This document shows, piece by piece, positions 56,558-64,000 of a stretch of DNA of 64,000 nt (within the stretch, counting starts at the first letter, position 1; each line of letters opens with the position of its first letter). Source of the DNA: a virus. The position numbers were made by a program, and so were the translations under genes. The stretch spans positions 9,025 through 73,024 of the IMG/VR virus record IMGVR_UViG_3300024262_000026; one strand, written 5' to 3'. The notes beneath the pieces are model-generated. The model did no database searches. It was not told where the DNA came from and saw only the letters and a list, made by a program, of their open reading frames with translations.

Positions 56558-57619
56558 ATGGGACTAATAACAAGAACAAATAAAGGCAGCAAACTTACTA
56601 TTGAAGAAATGGATGGAAATTTAATTTATTTGGAATCATTATCAGGAACAACAGGTGATGGCACAAGTGGTAGTTCAGGCACTTCAGGTACAGATGGCAG
56701 TTCAGGTACAGATGGAACAAGTGGTAGTTCAGGAACAGATGGAACAAGTGGAACAGATGGAACCTCAGGTAGTTCAGGAACAGATGGAACCTCAGGTAGT
56801 TCAGGAACAGATGGAACAAGTGGAACAGATGGAACCTCAGGTAGTTCAGGAACAGATGGAACCTCAGGAACAGATGGAACCTCAGGTAGTTCAGGAACTG
56901 ATGGCACAAGTGGAACAGATGGAACCTCAGGCACAGATGGAACCTCAGGTAGTTCAGGCACAGATGGAACCTCAGGTAGTTCAGGAACAGATGGAACCTC
57001 AGGTAGTTCAGGAACTGATGGCACCTCAGGTAGTTCAGGAACAGATGGAACAAGTGGAACTGATGGCACCTCAGGTAGTTCAGGCACAGATGGAACCTCA
57101 GGAACTGATGGAACCTCAGGTAGTTCAGGTACAGATGGAACCTCAGGAACAGATGGAACCTCAGGCAGTTCAGGGATAGATGGATTAGTGACAGGTGTGA
57201 CATATGATAATTTTTACTATAATTCACAAAATAGTACATTATATGTTGATAATATTGATGTATCATCAGGTATAACAGTTAATGAAAATGTTTCCAATTT
57301 AATAGAAACATTGGATTGGGAATTTATAAATTTATCAACAACAGGACAAACATATATTTTGGATTTATATGCAGTTTATAATTACACAATTGACAGTGTG
57401 TATTTACAAGATGATACTGGTACTGGCACTACCACTTTTTATATTAATTCAACTGCAATAACAGGTTTGGATGGTATCACATTTAATGCTGAAATTCAGT
57501 CATACACTTCAACTGCTTTAAATATGGTTAGTTCTGGTGATCAAGTTAAATTTACAATAGTAACATTAATAGATTCGCCTACATTAATAAGAGGTAAAAT
57601 GAAAATTATAAGAAATTAA
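56558..57619 (+). CDS. Fibre protein 1: N-terminal anchor, Gly-X-Y (GTS/GSS/GTD) repeats, C-terminal beta domain
   Basis: [25 protein letters not shown], then about 60 G-X-Y triplets. Confidence 0.75.
   Translation: MGLITRTNKGSKLTIEEMDGNLIYLESLSGTTGDGTSGSSGTSGTDGSSGTDGTSGSSGTDGTSGTDGTSGSSGTDGTSGSSGTDGTSGTDGTSGSSGTDGTSGTDGTSGSSGTDGTSGTDGTSGTDGTSGSSGTDGTSGSSGTDGTSGSSGTDGTSGSSGTDGTSGTDGTSGSSGTDGTSGTDGTSGSSGTDGTSGTDGTSGSSGIDGLVTGVTYDNFYYNSQNSTLYVDNIDVSSGITVNENVSNLIETLDWEFINLSTTGQTYILDLYAVYNYTIDSVYLQDDTGTGTTTFYINSTAITGLDGITFNAEIQSYTSTALNMVSSGDQVKFTIVTLIDSPTLIRGKMKIIRN
56655..57184 (+). repeat. 9-bp-period coding repeat (collagen-like Gly-X-Y)
   Basis: GGAACAGAT / GGAACCTCA / GGTAGTTCA units. Confidence 0.9.
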
Positions 57620-57621
57620 AT

Positions 57622-58182
57622 ATGGCTAATAGATTTTTATTTATAGGTAAAGTAGAAACAACTACAGGTTCAACAACAGGTTCAACAGAATATAATCTAA
57701 GAGATTTTGGACCTGGTGGTGGTTATATATTTTATATTAATCCAAATTCATCTACTGATGGTTGGACTTATTTAGAATCTTTTCCAAATGCTGGCATTGA
57801 AGATAGTACAGGACCTTGGACAAGTTCAGATTTATCCACAGTACTTAATGGTAATACATTGTCAACTGTTGGAAGTGGTTATGATAATACGATGGCAATT
57901 TTAAATCAATCTGGTTACACTGGTAGTAGTTGTCCTAAATATTGTGTAGAATTAGATAATGGATATTCTGATTGGTTTATGCCTTCTTTTGATGAGGTTG
58001 TATTATTGAGAAATAATTTATATTTATATGGACTCGGAAACTTCTCACCAACTGCAAGTTATTGGACATCAACTGAAAGTAGTGCAACATTCGGGTTTAG
58101 ATATAAAATAGGTACAGGTGTTTATGATGGTACACATGTCAAAAGTTCATTTTATAACTATAGAGCAATAAGAAGATTTTAA
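57622..58182 (+). CDS. DUF1566/Lcl-like C-type-lectin-fold protein
   Basis: GPGGGYIFY...G..NT..I...C....GYSDWFMPSFDE...YWTSTE...RAIRRF. Confidence 0.75.
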   Translation: MANRFLFIGKVETTTGSTTGSTEYNLRDFGPGGGYIFYINPNSSTDGWTYLESFPNAGIEDSTGPWTSSDLSTVLNGNTLSTVGSGYDNTMAILNQSGYTGSSCPKYCVELDNGYSDWFMPSFDEVVLLRNNLYLYGLGNFSPTASYWTSTESSATFGFRYKIGTGVYDGTHVKSSFYNYRAIRRF

Positions 58183-58196
58183 AATAATAAATAAAA

Positions 58197-59240
58197 ATGG
58201 ATAAAATATTTACAATAGATAATAAAATAGTTATAGAAAACGGAAAAATAAAATTAGAATATATACAACCATCATCATATACGATAGCTTTTTTACCAGA
58301 TACCCAATCTTATGTTAATTATAAACCTTCTATAATGGTAGAACAAATAGATTGGTTAATAAGTAATAAAGATAATCTTAATCTGCAATTTGTTGCTCAT
58401 GAAGGTGATATAGTTCAAAATTATGATGAAAATCCATTAATTTCAACTGGAACCACATTTACTACAACTGGATATACAGAGTGGTCATTTATGCAATGGC
58501 AAATGAATCGTTTAATTGATTCTGAAATACCATATTCAACTTTACCAGGTAATCATGATTATAAAGATGGTACAAGAGATAATACAATGTTGAATTCTTA
58601 TTTTCCATTATCATCATTTACTGGAATGACTACATATCAAGGATCATATGATATAGATTCCGATAATACTTATCATATTGTTAATGTTAATAATAATAAA
58701 TTATTGATATTGTCGATAGAATTTGGTCCAAGACAATCAGTTTTAGATTGGGCAGATACTATCGTTAAATCAAATTCGACAATACCTGTAATTTTAGTTA
58801 CTCACGCATATGTAAGTAAAACTTCTGGATCAACAGAATCGGAAGTATTATTGTCACATGATATGAATCATGCGCCTTCTAATGGATATGGTTTAGGTAG
58901 TGTGCCAACTGATGTTAATGATCCATATGCACTAACTGATATTACATCAATATGGAGAGATGTTGTTTATCCTAATAACAATGTTAGATTTGTAATTAGT
59001 GGACATGATGCAACACCTACAGTTGCATCAAATTTATTAATATCTCAACATTCTAATGGTGTGCCAATTTATCAAATATTATCAAATTTTCAATATTTTA
59101 ATGTTAATGATGCTGGTCATTTAGTAACTTTAACTTTTGGACAAGACACTGTTAATTTTAGAACGTATTCACCATTCTTAGATGAATATAAAACAGATGA
59201 ATATAGTCAAGGTGATTGGGATTGGTCATGGACAATATAG
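58197..59240 (+). CDS. Calcineurin-like metallophosphoesterase
   Basis: PDTQ, HEGDIV, PGNHDY, VTHAY, SGHD, TYSP. Confidence 0.85.
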   Translation: MDKIFTIDNKIVIENGKIKLEYIQPSSYTIAFLPDTQSYVNYKPSIMVEQIDWLISNKDNLNLQFVAHEGDIVQNYDENPLISTGTTFTTTGYTEWSFMQWQMNRLIDSEIPYSTLPGNHDYKDGTRDNTMLNSYFPLSSFTGMTTYQGSYDIDSDNTYHIVNVNNNKLLILSIEFGPRQSVLDWADTIVKSNSTIPVILVTHAYVSKTSGSTESEVLLSHDMNHAPSNGYGLGSVPTDVNDPYALTDITSIWRDVVYPNNNVRFVISGHDATPTVASNLLISQHSNGVPIYQILSNFQYFNVNDAGHLVTLTFGQDTVNFRTYSPFLDEYKTDEYSQGDWDWSWTI

Positions 59241-59310
59241 ATAATTGATAAATGAGAATGATGATTTGATATATACTTAAAAATTAAATAAAAAATCAAT
59301 AAATGATAAT

Positions 59311-60921
59311 ATGGGACTAATAACAAGAACAAATAAAGGTAGTAAACTTACAATATCTGAAATGGATGGAAATCTAATTTATTTGGAATCATTATCAGGA
59401 ACAACAGGTGATGGTACAAGTGGCACAGATGGTACAAGTGGCACAGATGGTACTAGTGGAATAGATGGTACATCAGGTACATCAGGAATAGATGGTAGTG
59501 GTATAGATGGTACAGATGGTACATCAGGCACATCAGGAATTGACGGAATTTCAGGAACATCAGGAATTGATGGTGAAGATGGGACCTCAGGTAGTTCAGG
59601 TGTGGATGGTGGTGATTCATCAATAACTGGAACAACTTTTAATTCGATTTTAAATTTTGAATCTAATAAATACTACGATACGCATGAACAAAACAGCAAT
59701 ATATTTTTTACTTCGATAACTGGTGGAACGCCTTTAAATGTGATATATAGTGAAATTTTTTCAAATGCTAACTACAATATTACATTTGATACGAATTTTG
59801 ATTTATATAGAAGTGATTTAGATAGTGAAGATAGTGTATATGATTTTTGGTTTACATTAAAACCAGACAATAATGTTGCATATTCGGTTGTAAAAACTGG
59901 TACTTGGACTCCACCATTACCAGAACTTCCGTTCTCAGGAAATACTGTTGCAAGATATAGTCCATTTGAAGTCGAATTAGATGATGTGAGTGGTAAAATT
60001 TCTGGAATAACAAATTCAATAAACACTGATTTGTCGTTAATTCAAGATTCAACATCATTGCAACCAACATTAGAATTAAGTAATACTAGAATGTTATTTG
60101 ATAATACAGCAGCACTTGATACCTTAGCAAATCCAGGATTTTTAACGGGTAATACTTGGTATATTACATTTATGAGTGAACTAGATGTCAATTATAAAGA
60201 TAGATTCGAAATACTTGCTGATGGAGTAAGTCATGAAATATTAGAGTTGAGATCAGATGAAATTTATTATTTGAATGACGCACTTGTATCAATCGGAACA
60301 GATACAACAATATCCGAAAAACTGGCAGGTGTACATATTATAGGTATAAATCAATTAGCTGATAGTGTTGAACTTTATGTTGATAATGTATTAATAACAA
60401 CAAAAACTTCAACTTCAAGAGGATATTTAAATTTGACTAATATTCTATCAAGATCTAATAATACTTCTGATTCTTTACCGTATAATTTAAAATATTTTTA
60501 TGATATGATTATTTATGATAGAAGTATGAATGAATCTGAAAGAACTGATATAAATTTATATTTTGATGAATACCATCCTAATTATAAATCAAGTGATGCA
60601 CCTGTTATTAGTAATAGTGTGATGAGTGGTGTGACAAATGGTGAGAATATACCATCAGGAACGACAGTTAATCTAACATTTACATATGATTTAACTGGTT
60701 CAACACCAGATAGATTGGTTGCAGTCTGGGTATATGGTGGTAGCACAGGTACAATTAAAGGAGTATCAACATCTACAGATCCATATGCGATTACTGTACC
60801 TTCAGATTTGATGTTAACAGCAGGACTAGCAAGTATTCGACCTAAAATTTATGTGTTGGATTCAAATGGTAGAGCAAGTAATGTATTAACAAATGAAGAT
60901 ATAAAATTTAATATAGTATAA
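59311..60921 (+). CDS. Fibre protein 2: same anchor, shorter Gly-X-Y stretch, LamG/ConA-like and Ig-like domains
   Basis: N-terminus near-identical to 56558; VELYVDNV...YDMIIYDRSMNESE LamG-like pattern. Confidence 0.7.
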   Translation: MGLITRTNKGSKLTISEMDGNLIYLESLSGTTGDGTSGTDGTSGTDGTSGIDGTSGTSGIDGSGIDGTDGTSGTSGIDGISGTSGIDGEDGTSGSSGVDGGDSSITGTTFNSILNFESNKYYDTHEQNSNIFFTSITGGTPLNVIYSEIFSNANYNITFDTNFDLYRSDLDSEDSVYDFWFTLKPDNNVAYSVVKTGTWTPPLPELPFSGNTVARYSPFEVELDDVSGKISGITNSINTDLSLIQDSTSLQPTLELSNTRMLFDNTAALDTLANPGFLTGNTWYITFMSELDVNYKDRFEILADGVSHEILELRSDEIYYLNDALVSIGTDTTISEKLAGVHIIGINQLADSVELYVDNVLITTKTSTSRGYLNLTNILSRSNNTSDSLPYNLKYFYDMIIYDRSMNESERTDINLYFDEYHPNYKSSDAPVISNSVMSGVTNGENIPSGTTVNLTFTYDLTGSTPDRLVAVWVYGGSTGTIKGVSTSTDPYAITVPSDLMLTAGLASIRPKIYVLDSNGRASNVLTNEDIKFNIV

Positions 60922-61754
60922 TGTCGATGTTAAACTCATTTTTAAGTAGTATAAATAATTCAACAACTCCTCCTGTAGATACATCTTTTGATGTTTTTAT
61001 AGTTGCAGGACAATCTAATAGTGATGGTAGAGTTTTGTTGGCAGATGCTCCAAGTTGGTTAGACCAAAATAATCCTATTAATACTGGTGTTAAAATATGG
61101 AATAGTAGTGACAATCAATTTAATAATTTTGAACTTGGTGTCGATACAGGATCAGCCGTTCCAGATACAACATTGTGGGCATATGATTTAGAATTTTCTC
61201 ATTTATATTACGAATATAGTAATAAACCAGTTTATTTGATTAAACGAACTCAAGGTGGTACACCTATTTACATAAATACAGGAATAACAAAAGGATGTTG
61301 GAATGTTGATTTTAATAATATACCAGATGGTACACCAAAATTGCTACTAGAATTAAAAGAAAATTATGATAATGCAAAAACTTATATTGAAGGTTTAGGT
61401 AAAACTATGAATCTTATAGGTATATTGTGGCATCAGGGTGAAAGTGATTATTCTCCATCTGATGCGGAAAATAGTTATGAAACTAATTTTAGTGACGTTA
61501 TCTCTTATATTAGAAACGATATTGTGTCAGGTGTCACAGGTTCAACATTATCAATAATTTATGGTTCAATATCACACACCTCTGCCGAATATAGTTCAGT
61601 AGTAGAAACTGCACAATTTAATATTGCTAGTTCTGATTCAAATGCATATATTGTTAATATGAGTGGTGGTACTCTACTTGATGCTTATCATTTTGATGCA
61701 GATTCATCTATTTATTTAGGTAATGAAATGTATAATATTGTAATAGGTTTATAA
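60921..61754 (+). CDS. SASA/SGNH carbohydrate O-acetylesterase
   Basis: VAGQSN, GGT, WHQGESD, DAYH. Confidence 0.85.
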   Translation: MSMLNSFLSSINNSTTPPVDTSFDVFIVAGQSNSDGRVLLADAPSWLDQNNPINTGVKIWNSSDNQFNNFELGVDTGSAVPDTTLWAYDLEFSHLYYEYSNKPVYLIKRTQGGTPIYINTGITKGCWNVDFNNIPDGTPKLLLELKENYDNAKTYIEGLGKTMNLIGILWHQGESDYSPSDAENSYETNFSDVISYIRNDIVSGVTGSTLSIIYGSISHTSAEYSSVVETAQFNIASSDSNAYIVNMSGGTLLDAYHFDADSSIYLGNEMYNIVIGL

Positions 61755-61809
61755 TGTATTTCTATGTTTAATTCTATGATGTAAAATTTTTTTAATAAAA
61801 GATGAAATA

Positions 61810-62034
61810 TTATTTTTCTAATAAAATCACATCAATAAAACTTACTGGCGAATCTACACTCAAGTCATATCTCTCACTAATTTTGTGCTTGCTAAATTCA
61901 GATTTAATCTTTTCGATCTTTTCTTCAAAGGGAACATCACCACCACCGAATTTGTACTGCTTAATAGTTTTATAATAATAATATTTCTTCGCACCACTCC
62001 AACTTCTTAATAAATCTACAAATCTGAAATAAAA
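61810..62034 (-). pseudogene. Start-less open frame, possible gene remnant
   Basis: About 74 codons (FYFRFVDLLRSWSGAKKYYY...KFGGGDVPFEEK...VILLEK) with no ATG at its 5' end. Confidence 0.3.
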
Positions 62035-62040
62035 TTATAT

Positions 62041-62496
62041 TTATAATGGCAATTTAATAGCATTATTCCAATCTTTAATTTCATAATAAAAAGATTTTGC
62101 GGAATTAATTGCCTCTTCTGTTAATATTTCATCAACATTACTAGGTAAGTCTGGAGTTTCTTCTATTGTCGCAAACACATATCCATTGCGACCAGTTATC
62201 CAATTTTGTTTATCACTTAATTTTTCAACTTGTGGATCATTCATATTTAAAGCCAATCCTACTATTCTATACTTTTTATCTTTACGAACAGTTGTTTTTA
62301 TAAATGGTTCAAATTTAGATATTAAGTTCATAATATCATAATCACTTCTAACATCAAAAGCCTGAAAATTAGTTTGTTGATTTCCATATTTTTGATTAGT
62401 AGTAAAACCATCAGATAACACTGAAAACATTATTTTATCTTTAATATTGTTTTGTAAATTTTCTTGCAAATATTCTATAAATTTTCTTATTCTCAT
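62041..62496 (-). CDS. Hypothetical protein with CTS-like N-terminus
   Basis: Starts MRIRKFIEYLQE. Confidence 0.7.
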   Translation of the reverse strand: MRIRKFIEYLQENLQNNIKDKIMFSVLSDGFTTNQKYGNQQTNFQAFDVRSDYDIMNLISKFEPFIKTTVRKDKKYRIVGLALNMNDPQVEKLSDKQNWITGRNGYVFATIEETPDLPSNVDEILTEEAINSAKSFYYEIKDWNNAIKLPL

Positions 62497-62672
62497 TTAA
62501 CTCCCCAATTTTTTTGACGATCTTTTTCTTGTTGTTTTATCTTTTTACAGTTCAAACATTTACCATCAAGATGTTTTGCAAATTGTTCACATTTATAACA
62601 GTAACGCATTTTTGTATATTTGTCACCATTTTCTTTTGGTTTATTTTCCTCAAAAGTTCTTATATATTTCAT
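62493..62672 (-). CDS. 59-aa CxxC-CxxC zinc-finger protein with CTS-like leader (not in ORF track)
   Basis: MKYIRTFEENKPKENGDKYTKMRYCYKCEQFAKHLDGKCLNCKK...NWGVK; TGA overlaps the next ATG. Confidence 0.65.
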   Translation of the reverse strand: MKYIRTFEENKPKENGDKYTKMRYCYKCEQFAKHLDGKCLNCKKIKQQEKDRQKNWGVK

Positions 62673-62675
62673 ATT

Positions 62676-62948
62676 TTATAAATTATATTTACTTGTTTCC
62701 ATTCTTGTTTTAATATCTTCTTTTGATAAGACTTTAAAATTACCTTCATATATGCAAAAATCTTTATTAAATGAGGCTTCTTGTAATTTATCTAATAGTT
62801 GTAAAGCTTCTTCTAAATCTGATGTTCTATTTCTTAACCAAGGTTGTTTATCATCATGTGTGGAAATAAAATATCTTATACCTTGAAGTCCTGTTATATT
62901 CTCAGGATAATCTTTTTCATTAAAATTTTCAAATTTCATTATTTCCAT
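62676..62948 (-). CDS. Hypothetical protein with CTS-like leader and C-terminal KYNL
   Basis: MEIMKFENFNE...METSKYNL. Confidence 0.7.
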   Translation of the reverse strand: MEIMKFENFNEKDYPENITGLQGIRYFISTHDDKQPWLRNRTSDLEEALQLLDKLQEASFNKDFCIYEGNFKVLSKEDIKTRMETSKYNL

Positions 62949-62950
62949 TA

Positions 62951-64000
62951 TTATAGATTATATTTTTCGGCATGAACATAATGCATAAAATCAACATATT
63001 CATCTTCAATCTCTCTATCTAATCCAAATTTATCATATAAATTTTTCAAAGCTTTTCCTTTACCTTCAGGAATATCACTTTCTTCACCATAGGCATAATT
63101 TTCAGCATATGCTTCAATATAAGCCTTTTGAAAATCATATTCATCACCTATACTGTCACTACTTGTATTAATTTCGTCAAATAATTCTAACGCATTTTTA
63201 CTATCAATTTCTAATAATTTTCTCTGTAGTGCTCCTGTATCTGAAATACAACCTTCTATTGTTCCTTTTTTATGATCAAAATCTTCTTCATCAGTGTACG
63301 CTTCAATAAGTTTATCATGATCAACAAAATTTAATATCCAATCCCAATCACCAGATGTTCGACTACCATTTCGATATGATGTACCAAATTCAATACTATC
63401 AGTACTACCCCATATCTCTTCAATATAATCTTCTAAACTACCATAATTATCAAATCTTTTTTCTACTGCGTTTTCAATAAAATCAGATTCATCAAGGATA
63501 TTGGTAATAACTTCTTTTAATGTATCTTCATCCATTTCATCGAGAAGATCATCTAAATCCATTTCTTTAATTTCCTTTATTCGTTTCTTTAATTTTCTAA
63601 GTTTTTTCTTTAATTTTTTCTTCTCAATTTCATCTTCTTCTTCCTTTATATCAACTTTCAAATCTGCAATTTCATCTGGATCAATTTCACTATCAATATA
63701 TTTCTGATATATCTCTTCTCTATCATCAGACTCAATATACTTACCATTGATATATTTTTTGAAATCATCTTCCCAAAAATCATCAACTGTTAAATTATTA
63801 ATTTCATCAGATTTTATAGAATCTAATGCTTCATTATCGTCAACAAATCGCCATACATATTGAGGAAAAATAGATATAATATCATCAATATCGGTATATG
63901 CTAAGTTTTTAGCCCAATATTCTTCAATATAATCATCATCAAATTGATCCATTAGTTCGCTGGATTCAAATAATTTTGAATGTGATTCAAATAATTTAAG
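62951..64000 (-). CDS. Acidic hypothetical protein (5' end outside window) with C-terminal KYNL
   Basis: Frame open to the window edge: LKLFESHSKLFESSELMDQF...HAEKYNL. Confidence 0.75.
   Translation of the reverse strand, partial: LKLFESHSKLFESSELMDQFDDDYIEEYWAKNLAYTDIDDIISIFPQYVWRFVDDNEALDSIKSDEINNLTVDDFWEDDFKKYINGKYIESDDREEIYQKYIDSEIDPDEIADLKVDIKEEEDEIEKKKLKKKLRKLKKRIKEIKEMDLDDLLDEMDEDTLKEVITNILDESDFIENAVEKRFDNYGSLEDYIEEIWGSTDSIEFGTSYRNGSRTSGDWDWILNFVDHDKLIEAYTDEEDFDHKKGTIEGCISDTGALQRKLLEIDSKNALELFDEINTSSDSIGDEYDFQKAYIEAYAENYAYGEESDIPEGKGKALKNLYDKFGLDREIEDEYVDFMHYVHAEKYNL

Noticed and set aside
56598-57266. Alternative-frame and antisense ORFs (56598-, 56626-, 56655+)
   Set aside because: Shadows of the 9-bp Gly-X-Y repeat in the fibre gene
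57622-58182. Complete diversity-generating retroelement
   Set aside because: No reverse transcriptase or template repeat seen in the window
1-64000. Stop-codon reassignment
   Set aside because: Conserved genes are full length in the standard code, with dense packing and no systematic TAG/TGA interruptions
1-64000. tRNA, rRNA or group I intron genes
   Set aside because: Intergenic gaps are short and AT-rich; no cloverleaf or split gene recognised by eye (tRNAscan/Infernal would be decisive)
1-64000. Bacterial chromosome or eukaryotic giant virus origin
   Set aside because: UvsX, gp41-like helicase and T4-type baseplate genes, plus bacterial promoters and terminators, indicate a tailed phage; host-like genes are scattered singletons

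Overview
Very AT-rich, gene-dense, standard-code segment of a large T4-superfamily-like (jumbo-type) phage that most likely infects Bacteroidota. Host evidence: TAnnTTTG promoters, Bacteroidota-type bS21 and Hc1-like genes, and A-rich starts without Shine-Dalgarno sequences. Core genes are UvsX, a gp41-like helicase, class II RNR with an intein, and baseplate gp53/gp27/gp5-like genes. Accessory genes include a MoxR-type AAA+ with a vWA/metallopeptidase partner, a double heptosyltransferase, DNA methyltransferases, GuaB, DeoC-like, PPK2, RtcB, DnaJ, rpsU, an amidase, four free-standing endonucleases and duplicated Ser/Thr/Gly-rich fibre modules. The most unusual signal is a set of short terminal 'address tags' on unrelated proteins. 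(i) A C-terminal R-x-x-K-L-x-x-I/L motif ends about 14 ORFs, and in 10 of them the codons right after it also contain the next gene's ATG. (ii) An N-terminal M-K-x-x-K-F-x-E/Q-F-L/I-x-E motif, like the T4 capsid-targeting sequence, starts about 13 ORFs, including PPK2 and an apparently catalytically dead DeoC. (iii) A C-terminal KYNL ends two adjacent genes. All assignments come from reading motifs by eye; no database searches were run.
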